Virus record (IMG/VR): IMGVR_UViG_3300023179_000072
Span: 17,338 to 81,337 of that record
DNA: 64,000 bases
Reading direction: 5' to 3' (one strand)
Origin: a virus
A model generated the notes under the pieces. It did not search any database. It saw nothing but the letters and a program-made list of their open reading frames with translations, and was not told where the DNA came from. A program made the translations under genes and the position numbers. The stretch's first letter is position 1, and each line of letters begins with the position of its first letter. Shown piece by piece: positions 40,674 to 50,147 of this stretch.

Positions 40674-43409
40674 TTATGCGTCCATATGAAGAAGAAGTTT
40701 TGTTTTATTATATAGATTATCTGTTGCTCTAGGAGCAACATTTACAGCAGAAGATATTTCGCTGTATGGTCCAATTCCTGCAAAATTAATATGAGCTATT
40801 TTAAAAATATAAGTAGTATTATTTTCTAAATTAACTATATTTATAATATCATTTAATAGATAAGATATAAAATTATTCCAAGAAGATCCATTATCACTAG
40901 AGTATAAAACAGAATAACCTTTACTAGGCGAAGAATAAGTTGTACTTATATTTGGATTTATAGCTATAAATACTTGCTTATCATCTGGTATGATATTAAT
41001 TATTTGTGGAATATCAGTTATAGTAGATAATTCAACAATATTGCTATATGGTCCAGAACCAACACTATTAGTAGCTTTAATTCTAAATAAATATGAATTA
41101 TTTGTGCTTAAATTATATAATTGTCTATTATTAATACTATTATTAATATTAGCACTATATTTAATATAGTCTATATGCGAATATAATTCATTACTACAAT
41201 TATTGCTTTTAATATGATTATGAGAAAAATTCTTAAAACTATTACTAAATATATCATTATAATAAGTTTGTACTATTCCATTTATATTTATAGCTAAATT
41301 TTTTAATATAGGATTTATTGATATCTTAATAGTATTAAAAATTCCTGGATCAGAAAAAATTAAACTATCATGCAAAGACCAAACTGTAGATTGTCCTTGT
41401 GGTTCTATACCTACCACAACCCTAGATGGATAATTAATACCTAATGCTGAATTCCACTCTGTTTCTTCTGTTCCATAGCTATTATAGTATATTTTAACAG
41501 ACCCTAAATCATTATAAAAAACTATACTAGGATTTCTATTAGTATCAAATGTACTAAGAAAACTGATTTCAAAATCAAATAAATTTTGATCTTCAATAAA
41601 ACTATAAGAACTAAAATTATCTTGAGAATTACAGCAAAGTGTTATTCTATAATTGTTAATACTACAATTATTACCTGATAATATTTGAAAATTGTTATTA
41701 AAATTTACTAATTTATTTCGAGTATTTAGAGTTATAGTTTTTGTATCGCTATAAATATCAGTATATTCTATCCAAGAATCTCCATTATCATTACTATATT
41801 CTACAATATAATTATTTATACTAATAATATTATTTTTAGATATTGGATTTGGATAATTTGGATTATTCCATGATAAATTAATAATATTATTATATTCTAT
41901 GAGAGAAAGATCCAAGGGTTCTGAAGGAATAGTTGGAGGTGATCCAAAATCAGGATAAGGACGATATGATACTGTAAAATTAGGATATATACCATTATAT
42001 ATACGATATCTTGCTACCCCTTTAGTAACTCTAAATTCATCTATATAACCAGTAAACATCTGATTTCCAGTAGTATCACTGCCAATATATGCAGATGCTA
42101 TTGATGAATACTGTCTATCATCATTAATCGTAGCTGATACAGCTCCATTAACATATAAATTTAAAATACCTGAAGTTTTTACTAGTGCCAAATGTGTCCA
42201 TGTTGATAGTGGTATAGATGGCCCATTAATAATATTTTCATTATTATTAGCTACTACTATATTTCCTGAAGATGTGTTAGCATATATAGCTACTCCCTCA
42301 ACCGTTGAATCTTCATATCTTCTATTATCAAATAATATTTGATTATCATTTTTATTAGATAACCAAACCCAAGCTTCTATAGTATAATCTTCTGATCCAA
42401 AACCTAATCTTTCACTATTTTCAATAATTATATAATTACTACCATCAAGATACAAACTATTACCTCCCATAACGCTAGTATTATTACTAATAATAGGATT
42501 ATTATATGGTATTATATTATGTTTATATATCGAATAATCAACTAATAATTTATTTATATCATTGTCATTATATGATGATATCTCAAAACTATCTATATAT
42601 CTTGCTATTTTTTTGGTTACTCTAATATTATCCATATATCCAATAAAAGAATACTCAAAATTAATTAGTTGTCCAATTAGAGGATTAGATCTTTCACAAT
42701 TTATATCTTGTGAAAATACCATAGTATTATTTTGTATTTGACCGTCAATAAATAATCTACATAATCCGTCTTTTCTTGTAACTGCCACATGTGTCCATTT
42801 ATTAATTTGTATATTAGTATTTGATTGAAGTCTTGTATTTCCATAAACTCCACCAGGAGTAAAATCTAAAACAGAACCATATATACCAAATATATAAGAA
42901 TTATATGAAATTTCATTTCTTGTTTCTATAAATGGAGAATACGAAGAGTCCAATGAAGTAGGATATATCCATAACTCTATTGTGAAATCATCAGTTCCAA
43001 AACTTACACAATCAGAAGATCCTATCTCTAAATAAGAATAATCTTTTCCATTAAGATATAAACTTGTATTACCTTCTTTTTTTTCATCTGATGATAATTT
43101 AGCATCTCCTGCTCCTATAACAGCATTATTATATTTTGATATATCTCTAAAATCTATACTATTATTTTCTCCTTCCATATCCATTAATAAAGATGTATTA
43201 TCTACATAAAAATTATCCATATGTATTAACAAAGATGTATCATAATAATAATCGTCAGTATAATATGTTGGGGTTACTAATACGTATCTACTGAATAAGC
43301 CGTCTTTATTATTGTTTACAGCAGCAACTCTTACTTTATACGTAGAATTATTTTTTAATCCTCTTATAGCAATATTAGTATTAGTATTATTAGTAGTAAT
43401 AGTATTCAT
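40674..43409 (-). CDS. LamG/FN3 protein
   Basis: Two LamG modules and FN3 repeats. Confidence 0.85.
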   Translation of the reverse strand: MNTITTNNTNTNIAIRGLKNNSTYKVRVAAVNNNKDGLFSRYVLVTPTYYTDDYYYDTSLLIHMDNFYVDNTSLLMDMEGENNSIDFRDISKYNNAVIGAGDAKLSSDEKKEGNTSLYLNGKDYSYLEIGSSDCVSFGTDDFTIELWIYPTSLDSSYSPFIETRNEISYNSYIFGIYGSVLDFTPGGVYGNTRLQSNTNIQINKWTHVAVTRKDGLCRLFIDGQIQNNTMVFSQDINCERSNPLIGQLINFEYSFIGYMDNIRVTKKIARYIDSFEISSYNDNDINKLLVDYSIYKHNIIPYNNPIISNNTSVMGGNSLYLDGSNYIIIENSERLGFGSEDYTIEAWVWLSNKNDNQILFDNRRYEDSTVEGVAIYANTSSGNIVVANNNENIINGPSIPLSTWTHLALVKTSGILNLYVNGAVSATINDDRQYSSIASAYIGSDTTGNQMFTGYIDEFRVTKGVARYRIYNGIYPNFTVSYRPYPDFGSPPTIPSEPLDLSLIEYNNIINLSWNNPNYPNPISKNNIISINNYIVEYSNDNGDSWIEYTDIYSDTKTITLNTRNKLVNFNNNFQILSGNNCSINNYRITLCCNSQDNFSSYSFIEDQNLFDFEISFLSTFDTNRNPSIVFYNDLGSVKIYYNSYGTEETEWNSALGINYPSRVVVGIEPQGQSTVWSLHDSLIFSDPGIFNTIKISINPILKNLAININGIVQTYYNDIFSNSFKNFSHNHIKSNNCSNELYSHIDYIKYSANINNSINNRQLYNLSTNNSYLFRIKATNSVGSGPYSNIVELSTITDIPQIINIIPDDKQVFIAINPNISTTYSSPSKGYSVLYSSDNGSSWNNFISYLLNDIINIVNLENNTTYIFKIAHINFAGIGPYSEISSAVNVAPRATDNLYNKTKLLLHMDA

Positions 43410-43425
43410 TTGTTTTATATTAATC

Positions 43426-46400
43426 TTAATTAGTAGTAATATTTCCAGTAATTAAACCACACCCATTAGACGTTATATTTCCAATAAATATATTTGTAAA
43501 TGTAATATTGTCCATACTCCCAGAAACAGTAAAGTTAGATCCTCGTACTCCATCGCCATATGTAGAATAAATTTTTGCTGCTGTTGGTAATCCTATTACT
43601 CCATCTCCCAGATCAAGAGTATATGAAGATCCGACTCCTGGTATCTCTCCGCTATCAGAGCAATTATCATCAGTAAATACTACAACATTTACATCTATAT
43701 TATCAATAGTTAATATAATTCTTGAACATCTGGGGTGATGAGACTCTGTGATACTAGTACTAGTATATTGTAAATATCTATATCCTTTAGGAATATTCGA
43801 AGGGGTTGGCGTCGAAGTTTTAGTTGGAGTTATGGTTAGAGATACAGAAGGAGACGGAGTTGGAGTTGGAGTAGATTCAATTTGTTCCTCAAATGCGCAA
43901 ATTCCAAAAGTACCCGTGCCCCCACCATATTTCCAGTATTGGATCCATAAAGTTTCTCCCGGAGTTCTATCGCTTAATGATATAAGAGGTTGATATCCAG
44001 GACCAGAATCATCGTCGCAAGTTATTAAATTTAAATTATTACAATCGCTTCCAGAATAAACAGCCATAGCTCCATCTATTATACCTATACCTTGTATAAT
44101 TACAGATCCGGATTCCGGAACTATTAAATAGAACCATATACTATTATTATCTGAATAGTTGGCGCACGGAGGTATCCAGCCACTGATATCTAAGTATCCA
44201 ATATTATTATAAGTTAAAGGAATACAAGATGATCTATTAACAGACAATTGTATTGCATTACAAGGATAAATATTAATTTTTTCTATCATTTCATATTCTA
44301 CTATATAATGGTCGATATTATCATGAATAAAATCTAAAGAATTATAAAGCGTTATATTTATATCTATAGTATTATTTGATTCTATAGCTATTAAATCAGA
44401 AACTATATTTTGCTTTTTTCTAGAATCTCTAAAAACAAATTGGTTTAAAGAACTATTTGATGGAATAAAATTATAAGTATAAACAGCAACTCCTTTACAA
44501 ATACGAAGATCATCTATATATCCTCTAAATTCATTGCCTATTCTAACTTGACCGCTAAATCCTGACGAATATACTGTAGATTCTAATAAAATACCATTTA
44601 AATACATAGATATAATATTTGAGTCTCTAACAAGACAAATATGGTTCCATGTATATCCTTGTGCTGTTATAGTGTGTCCTCCACCTAAGATATAATTATC
44701 ATTTCCAAAGAAAAATAATCCTCGATAATCGTCGTGTAACCAAAGACTATGATTACCAATAAATACAATTCCTGGCTGTCCACCATACAGGTCTTTTGGT
44801 CTGGTATCATATATCCAAAATTCTATAGTAAAATCTTCTTTTTCATCAATTACAATATTTTTATCTATTAATAAATAATCTTTCTCCTCAAAGTATCCAC
44901 TACTTAATCCAAATTTATTTTCATCTTCACTAATTTTTACATTACCATAACAGGTTATTGGTAATTGGTATTTGCTACTATCTACAAAATTATTGGTATT
45001 ATTCTGGCCCTCAAAATGTAGTAATAAAGATGCTGGTATACCATTAGGATCAGAATTATCAAATGGATTATTTGGTGGTATAAAGTCATTATCATAACGT
45101 GATATACCTTTGGTTATACGGAATTCATCAAAATATGCAAGAATATAACCATCATTTCCATTATCCGCACCTATTGCTAAAGGTAGACCATCATTTATGT
45201 CAGCCGACGAAGATCCTCCTCCGCAATAAATTCCATTAACATACATTTTTATCACACCACTACTACGAACTACAGCTATATGAGTCCATTCATTACTAGG
45301 TATAGAAATATTACCATTTAATGGTCCTGATGTTTCATCTATCCATACTAATCCATTATTATTATTAGTATCCAATATCCAGCGCCATCCGTTAGTATTT
45401 GGGGCCGTAGCCGTAGAAGCTATTGAGCCCCAAGTATAGGAACCAGAGATACTGCCTGTCCAATATAACCAGCACTCTATTGTAAAATCATTAGTTCTAA
45501 ATAATATAGAAGAGCTATTATTTACAATAGCTTTTTTACCAGATGACGAACAATCCAAAGATTGTTCGAATTTACCAAGGTTATTTGTTATCGATGCTCC
45601 ATTAATACCATTAACAATATTATTGTTTAATGAACTATCATATAGAGTTGTTGTTCCATTAATACCGTTCATATGAAGTAATAAAGAAACATTAGAATTA
45701 TAGGGGTCATAATTTTCTAATTGAGTTGTTCTGGGAGTAAAATTAGATATATAAATTGCTTTATTATTATTTATAATCAATTCATCTATATAGCCTAATA
45801 ATGTATATTGATAACCAGCTATAGGATGTTTTCCTATTATTAGAGGAGCATTTTCACTAACAGAATAATATGAGCCATTAGAGGTTGTTTGAATTTCTCC
45901 ATCTATAAATAATGAAGTTAAGTTTCCATCATAAACAATTGCTAAATGATGCCAAGATTGTATACTTGGCACAGACGCAAATATCTCGCCATAAGAATTA
46001 TCACTGTTTAACCATCTCCAATAAATATTTTCATTTTCTATTGACAACGTATACTGTATACCATTTATTGAGTTCCATTGATTAATCGAAGCTCCTTTTG
46101 ATACTAAAAATTGATCAATATTATCTTCTAAATTAATAAATAATTCTATTGTAAATGGCTTATTATTTAAACCTAAATCTAAATTTATACTATCCTGTAT
46201 TAAAAGATAAGAATTATCAACACCCGGTATATATAGACTTGAACTACCTAAATATTTCGTATTATTATCTAGTATCACACCTCCATATGGTGTGACTGTA
46301 AAATTATTTATAGAACTATCAATAAATGTTCCATCAGGATTAATGTTATCAAAGTGCATAAGTAAAGATGTGGTATAATTAGTTGAAATTATATCTAATA

Positions 46401-47367
46401 GAGTAGGAGTATTACTAGGCGTTATTGTAATTGTGGGTGTTCTGGTATTTGTTGGTGTTGTTCTTGGAGTGTGGGTATTCGTTGGCTCTATAAATGATGT
46501 ACTTGTGGGAGTTAGTCCGGGAGTAGACGTACTTGTGGGAGTTAGTCCGGGAGTAGACGTACTTGTGGGAGTTAGTCCGGGAGTAGACGTACTTGTGGGA
46601 GTTGCAGTAGATGTTCTTGTTTGAGTTCTTGTATTTGTTGGTGTTCTTGTAGAAGTTTTAGTTTGAGTCGGTGTAATTGTTTGTGTTGGAGTGACAGTTT
46701 GAGTACTTGTTTGAGTTTGAGTTACTGTTGGAGTACTTGTTTGAGTTGGCGTAACAGTTTGAGTTGGAGTTAGTCCGGGAGTATTTGTTCGAGTAGGAGT
46801 CAAACTAATTGTCGGAGTTGCTGTTGGATCGTTTGTTGGAGTTGGTGTTTTTGTCGCTGTTTTTGTAAGAGCAGGAGTTTTTGTAGGAGTTATAGTTTGT
46901 GTATTACTTGGTGTTGTTGTTATTGTAGGAGTATTAGTAGATGTTACTGTAGCTGTTATTGTAGGAGTTGCAGTAGATGTTGAAATTGGTGGACATATTC
47001 TTGTTTGTGTTCTTGTTACTGTTCTTGTTGGAGTGGGAGTTCTGGTATAAGTTCTGGTTAATGTTCTCGTGGGTGTATTTGTACGAGTTAAAGTAGGAGC
47101 TATCGTTGGTGTTCTACTCGCATCAGGAGTAGGACACATAATCGATAGTGATTCTGTAGGTGTTACAGTTTGTGTAGGAGTTACTGTTGGGGTTGCAGTT
47201 TGTGTTACTGTTGGTGTTGGAGTTACAGTTTGTGTAGGAGTTACTGTTCGAGTTGCGGTCCTTGTAGGAGTTAGTGTTATGTCTAATATTTTATATAATG
47301 AACCAGAATCATTTATATTTTGAATAGAATCATCATTATTAATATCTGAATTATCATTATATATCAT
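43426..47367 (-). CDS. Thr/Pro-rich stalk plus LamG x3 protein
   Basis: About 290 aa of TPT repeats, then LamG modules and Cys-containing C-terminal domains. Confidence 0.85.
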   Translation of the reverse strand: MIYNDNSDINNDDSIQNINDSGSLYKILDITLTPTRTATRTVTPTQTVTPTPTVTQTATPTVTPTQTVTPTESLSIMCPTPDASRTPTIAPTLTRTNTPTRTLTRTYTRTPTPTRTVTRTQTRICPPISTSTATPTITATVTSTNTPTITTTPSNTQTITPTKTPALTKTATKTPTPTNDPTATPTISLTPTRTNTPGLTPTQTVTPTQTSTPTVTQTQTSTQTVTPTQTITPTQTKTSTRTPTNTRTQTRTSTATPTSTSTPGLTPTSTSTPGLTPTSTSTPGLTPTSTSFIEPTNTHTPRTTPTNTRTPTITITPSNTPTLLDIISTNYTTSLLMHFDNINPDGTFIDSSINNFTVTPYGGVILDNNTKYLGSSSLYIPGVDNSYLLIQDSINLDLGLNNKPFTIELFINLEDNIDQFLVSKGASINQWNSINGIQYTLSIENENIYWRWLNSDNSYGEIFASVPSIQSWHHLAIVYDGNLTSLFIDGEIQTTSNGSYYSVSENAPLIIGKHPIAGYQYTLLGYIDELIINNNKAIYISNFTPRTTQLENYDPYNSNVSLLLHMNGINGTTTLYDSSLNNNIVNGINGASITNNLGKFEQSLDCSSSGKKAIVNNSSSILFRTNDFTIECWLYWTGSISGSYTWGSIASTATAPNTNGWRWILDTNNNNGLVWIDETSGPLNGNISIPSNEWTHIAVVRSSGVIKMYVNGIYCGGGSSSADINDGLPLAIGADNGNDGYILAYFDEFRITKGISRYDNDFIPPNNPFDNSDPNGIPASLLLHFEGQNNTNNFVDSSKYQLPITCYGNVKISEDENKFGLSSGYFEEKDYLLIDKNIVIDEKEDFTIEFWIYDTRPKDLYGGQPGIVFIGNHSLWLHDDYRGLFFFGNDNYILGGGHTITAQGYTWNHICLVRDSNIISMYLNGILLESTVYSSGFSGQVRIGNEFRGYIDDLRICKGVAVYTYNFIPSNSSLNQFVFRDSRKKQNIVSDLIAIESNNTIDINITLYNSLDFIHDNIDHYIVEYEMIEKINIYPCNAIQLSVNRSSCIPLTYNNIGYLDISGWIPPCANYSDNNSIWFYLIVPESGSVIIQGIGIIDGAMAVYSGSDCNNLNLITCDDDSGPGYQPLISLSDRTPGETLWIQYWKYGGGTGTFGICAFEEQIESTPTPTPSPSVSLTITPTKTSTPTPSNIPKGYRYLQYTSTSITESHHPRCSRIILTIDNIDVNVVVFTDDNCSDSGEIPGVGSSYTLDLGDGVIGLPTAAKIYSTYGDGVRGSNFTVSGSMDNITFTNIFIGNITSNGCGLITGNITTN
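46499..46603. repeat. 30-bp tandem repeat, about 3.5 copies, coding TPTSTSTPGL
   Basis: ACTTGTGGGAGTTAGTCCGGGAGTAGACGT unit. Confidence 0.95.
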
Positions 47368-47404
47368 ATATTATTAATTTTATATTGAATATATAAAATA
47401 TATA

Positions 47405-47650
47405 TTATTCAATACTTTCTATATTATTTGATAATGTTTCTTTTTTAACAGGACGCCCTCTTTTTTTAGATATTCCTAGTTTTCTTCGTTGTCTTCTAAT
47501 CATTCCTGTTGTTATAGTTTCTCCAGTCATTTCACTAAGTTTTTCAGCTAAATTTTTATCATTATAATCATTAATATTATTTTTAATATATTCCAGCTCA
47601 TTAGAAGCCCATTTTTTATAAGATCTCATAAAATTCTCCTTTTTTGACAA
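47405..47650 (-). CDS. Small HTH-like DNA-binding protein
   Basis: KKW...ELEYIK...LAEKL...IRRQRRKLGI..KRGRP. Confidence 0.6.
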   Translation of the reverse strand: MSKKENFMRSYKKWASNELEYIKNNINDYNDKNLAEKLSEMTGETITTGMIRRQRRKLGISKKRGRPVKKETLSNNIESIE

Positions 47651-47848
47651 AAAGTGTAGATTAACTATGATATAGTAGTCATTTTTATTGTTGAGGCAAG
47701 ATAATTATGGATATTCCTCCTATATATAATATAGTTGGTTCAGTATTAAAAGTTACAGCATCTGAAAATTTAGATATTTCTAAAGATCTATTATTAGATA
47801 GTAGCACATCGTTAGACCAACTAATCGAAAATCAAAAAGAGAATCCTG

Positions 47849-48523
47849 TTGAAAAAGATAAACAAAAAAATAGTAAAAAAGAATAAAAACCAAGAAACTA
47901 ATGCCAATATAAATCAAGATACACTAAATGGTATTAGTGAAGAACAATTTTTATCCGCTATTGATAATATAACCAAAAATTTAGCTTATAAATTTAAGTT
48001 TGGTTATCATGAGATAGAAGATATGAAGCAACAAATAATAGTTTTTGCTTTAGAGGGACTTAAAAACTATGATCATAATAGACCACTAGAAAACTTTTTA
48101 TGGACTCATGTTAGAAATCGTTTATTTAATTATAAGAGAGATAATTATCAAAGACCCAATAAACCATGTTTAAGTTGTCCATTTTATGATCCTTATTTAA
48201 AAAATAGTTCAAGTGAATGTTCAAAATTTACAAATAAAGATGAGTGTGAGCTTTACACCAGATGGTTTAATAGAAATAATTCTAAGAAAAAATTAGTACA
48301 TTTTACTCCTATAGAAGATATTAAAGATTATAGTAATATTTTTTGCGAAAATAATATTTCATTATCTAATTTAGCATCAAAAGAAATTATAGATTTAATA
48401 GAAAGTAAATTAACTGGTGAATTAAGAACAATATATCTTAAACTTAAAAACGGATGTAAAGTTAACAATAGCGATAAAAGTAAACTCCTTAACTTTATTA
48501 AAACATATATATCCTATGAGTAA
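47849..48523 (+). CDS. Sigma-70 region-2-like factor, putative late sigma
   Basis: EDMKQQIIVFALEGLKNYD...LENFLWTHVRNRLFNYKRD resembles sigma region 2; heads the morphogenesis operon. Confidence 0.6.
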   Translation: MKKINKKIVKKNKNQETNANINQDTLNGISEEQFLSAIDNITKNLAYKFKFGYHEIEDMKQQIIVFALEGLKNYDHNRPLENFLWTHVRNRLFNYKRDNYQRPNKPCLSCPFYDPYLKNSSSECSKFTNKDECELYTRWFNRNNSKKKLVHFTPIEDIKDYSNIFCENNISLSNLASKEIIDLIESKLTGELRTIYLKLKNGCKVNNSDKSKLLNFIKTYISYE

Positions 48524-49346
48524 AAAACGTGGACAATTAAGCATATCAGAAGAAACATTTATTAAAAACAATGTATTTAATTTAACAATTGAACAAATTG
48601 CCGAATCTTTGAATAGAAACACTGATCCTATTGAAAGATATATAAAAGAAAATCAATTATATGAATCACAAGACTCTAAAGCAGAATATAACAATTTAAA
48701 AAATAAATTACATAGTAAAACATTTTGGAAAGAAATATCACGACAATTCGACGAAGAAACTGGTGAATTAGAATATTTTGAAGATGTTTGGATAAATTTA
48801 ATTAAACAATTTAGAGAAGATGTTTTACCAGCAGAGGAACTTCAAATTAAACAGTTTATCACAATAGATATTCTTATTAACAGAAGCATGAAAGAACGTA
48901 AAAGACATATTAGTGAAACTGAAAAATTACAAAAATTAGTTGATCTAGAATATTCTAAACCAGAAGATCAAAGAGATCCTGCTCGTTTACTTAATTTGGA
49001 AAACCAGCTTAGTTTTTCTAGGAATAGTATAGCTAGTTATACAAATGAATATACTAAATTATTAGCTGAATATCAAAAAATTAGTAAAGATCTAAAAGCT
49101 ACTAGAGAGCAAAGAATAAAAAGGATAGAAGATGGAAAAAGCTCTTGGGTTGGATTAATACGAATGCTAGAAGAAGAAGATATCAGAGAGAAAGAAGGAC
49201 GAGAAATGTCTATTCTTAGTTTAGCCACAGATAAAGCCAGATCTAAATTATATGAATATCATGAGTATGCTGATTCTAAAATAGATATGCCTATTTTAAA
49301 TAGTGAAAGTATAACACTAAGAGAAAAAAATGAGAAACTACAATGA
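48516..49346 (+). CDS. HTH/coiled-coil protein, possible terminase small subunit
   Basis: LTIEQIAESLNR HTH, coiled coil, position upstream of terL. Confidence 0.4.
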   Translation: MSKKRGQLSISEETFIKNNVFNLTIEQIAESLNRNTDPIERYIKENQLYESQDSKAEYNNLKNKLHSKTFWKEISRQFDEETGELEYFEDVWINLIKQFREDVLPAEELQIKQFITIDILINRSMKERKRHISETEKLQKLVDLEYSKPEDQRDPARLLNLENQLSFSRNSIASYTNEYTKLLAEYQKISKDLKATREQRIKRIEDGKSSWVGLIRMLEEEDIREKEGREMSILSLATDKARSKLYEYHEYADSKIDMPILNSESITLREKNEKLQ

Positions 49347-49596
49347 TCCACAATATAAATCATGGCGTCAAAAAATAAAAAAAAGAGATAACTATAGTTG
49401 TCGTTGGCCTGGTTGTTTAAGCAAAAATAAAATTCATGCTCATCATATTATGAAATGGAGCGATTATCCTGGATTAAGATATCATCCTAATAATGGTATA
49501 TCTTTATGTAAAATACATCATGATATGATTAAAAATAATGAAGATAATTATATTTCTTTTTTTTTAAGATTAGTGCATTCTTTAGAGTCTAAATAA
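49330..49596 (+). CDS. Small HNH endonuclease, packaging-associated type
   Basis: WR..IKKRDNYSC..PGC...HAHHI...NGISLCKIHH. Confidence 0.85.
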   Translation: MRNYNDPQYKSWRQKIKKRDNYSCRWPGCLSKNKIHAHHIMKWSDYPGLRYHPNNGISLCKIHHDMIKNNEDNYISFFLRLVHSLESK

Positions 49597-49667
49597 TATA
49601 TATAATTTTATGTTACTTATTAATATCTTAATTATTGTGTATATTTTTAGAGCAGATATAATATGAT

Positions 49668-50147
49668 ATGAATATAAATAATTTTACTATTATCGTTGAT
49701 ACTCGTGAACAAAAGCCTTGGACATTTAATAATTATACAGTAGCTAATAAAAAATTAGATACTGGAGATTATAGTATCGAAGGACTAGAAAAAATATTTA
49801 CTATTGAGCGAAAAAGAAGTGTTAGTGAAATCGCTAATAATATTTCAGAAAAACGCTTCTACGATGAATTAGATAGGATGAGAGATTTTAAACATAAATT
49901 TATATTGTTAGAATTTAGTCTTAATAGTGTTTTAGATTATCCAGTAGGATCTACAGTACCTAAAAGACTATGGAATAACCTTAAAATAACTGGTAAATAT
50001 GTTTTGAAATACTTAATAGAAATTAGTATAAAATATGATGTTCATATAATATATTGTGGATCTTCAGACAATGCTGAAGAAATGGCTATTTCCATAATGA
50101 AAAGAATGGTTGAAAAATATGCAAGATCACAAACTGAAAATTTATGA
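49668..50147 (+). CDS. ERCC4-domain nuclease
   Basis: IVDTREQ...LDTGDYS...IERK. Confidence 0.82.
   Translation: MNINNFTIIVDTREQKPWTFNNYTVANKKLDTGDYSIEGLEKIFTIERKRSVSEIANNISEKRFYDELDRMRDFKHKFILLEFSLNSVLDYPVGSTVPKRLWNNLKITGKYVLKYLIEISIKYDVHIIYCGSSDNAEEMAISIMKRMVEKYARSQTENL

Noticed and set aside
40660-40741. Stop-codon reassignment or simple readthrough joining the fibre genes
   Set aside because: The frames differ across this junction, the downstream gene has its own RBS and ATG, no suppressor tRNA is seen, and other genes are intact in the standard code.
46433-47323. Val/Gly-rich plus-strand ORFs
   Set aside because: Antisense reading of the Thr/Pro repeats.
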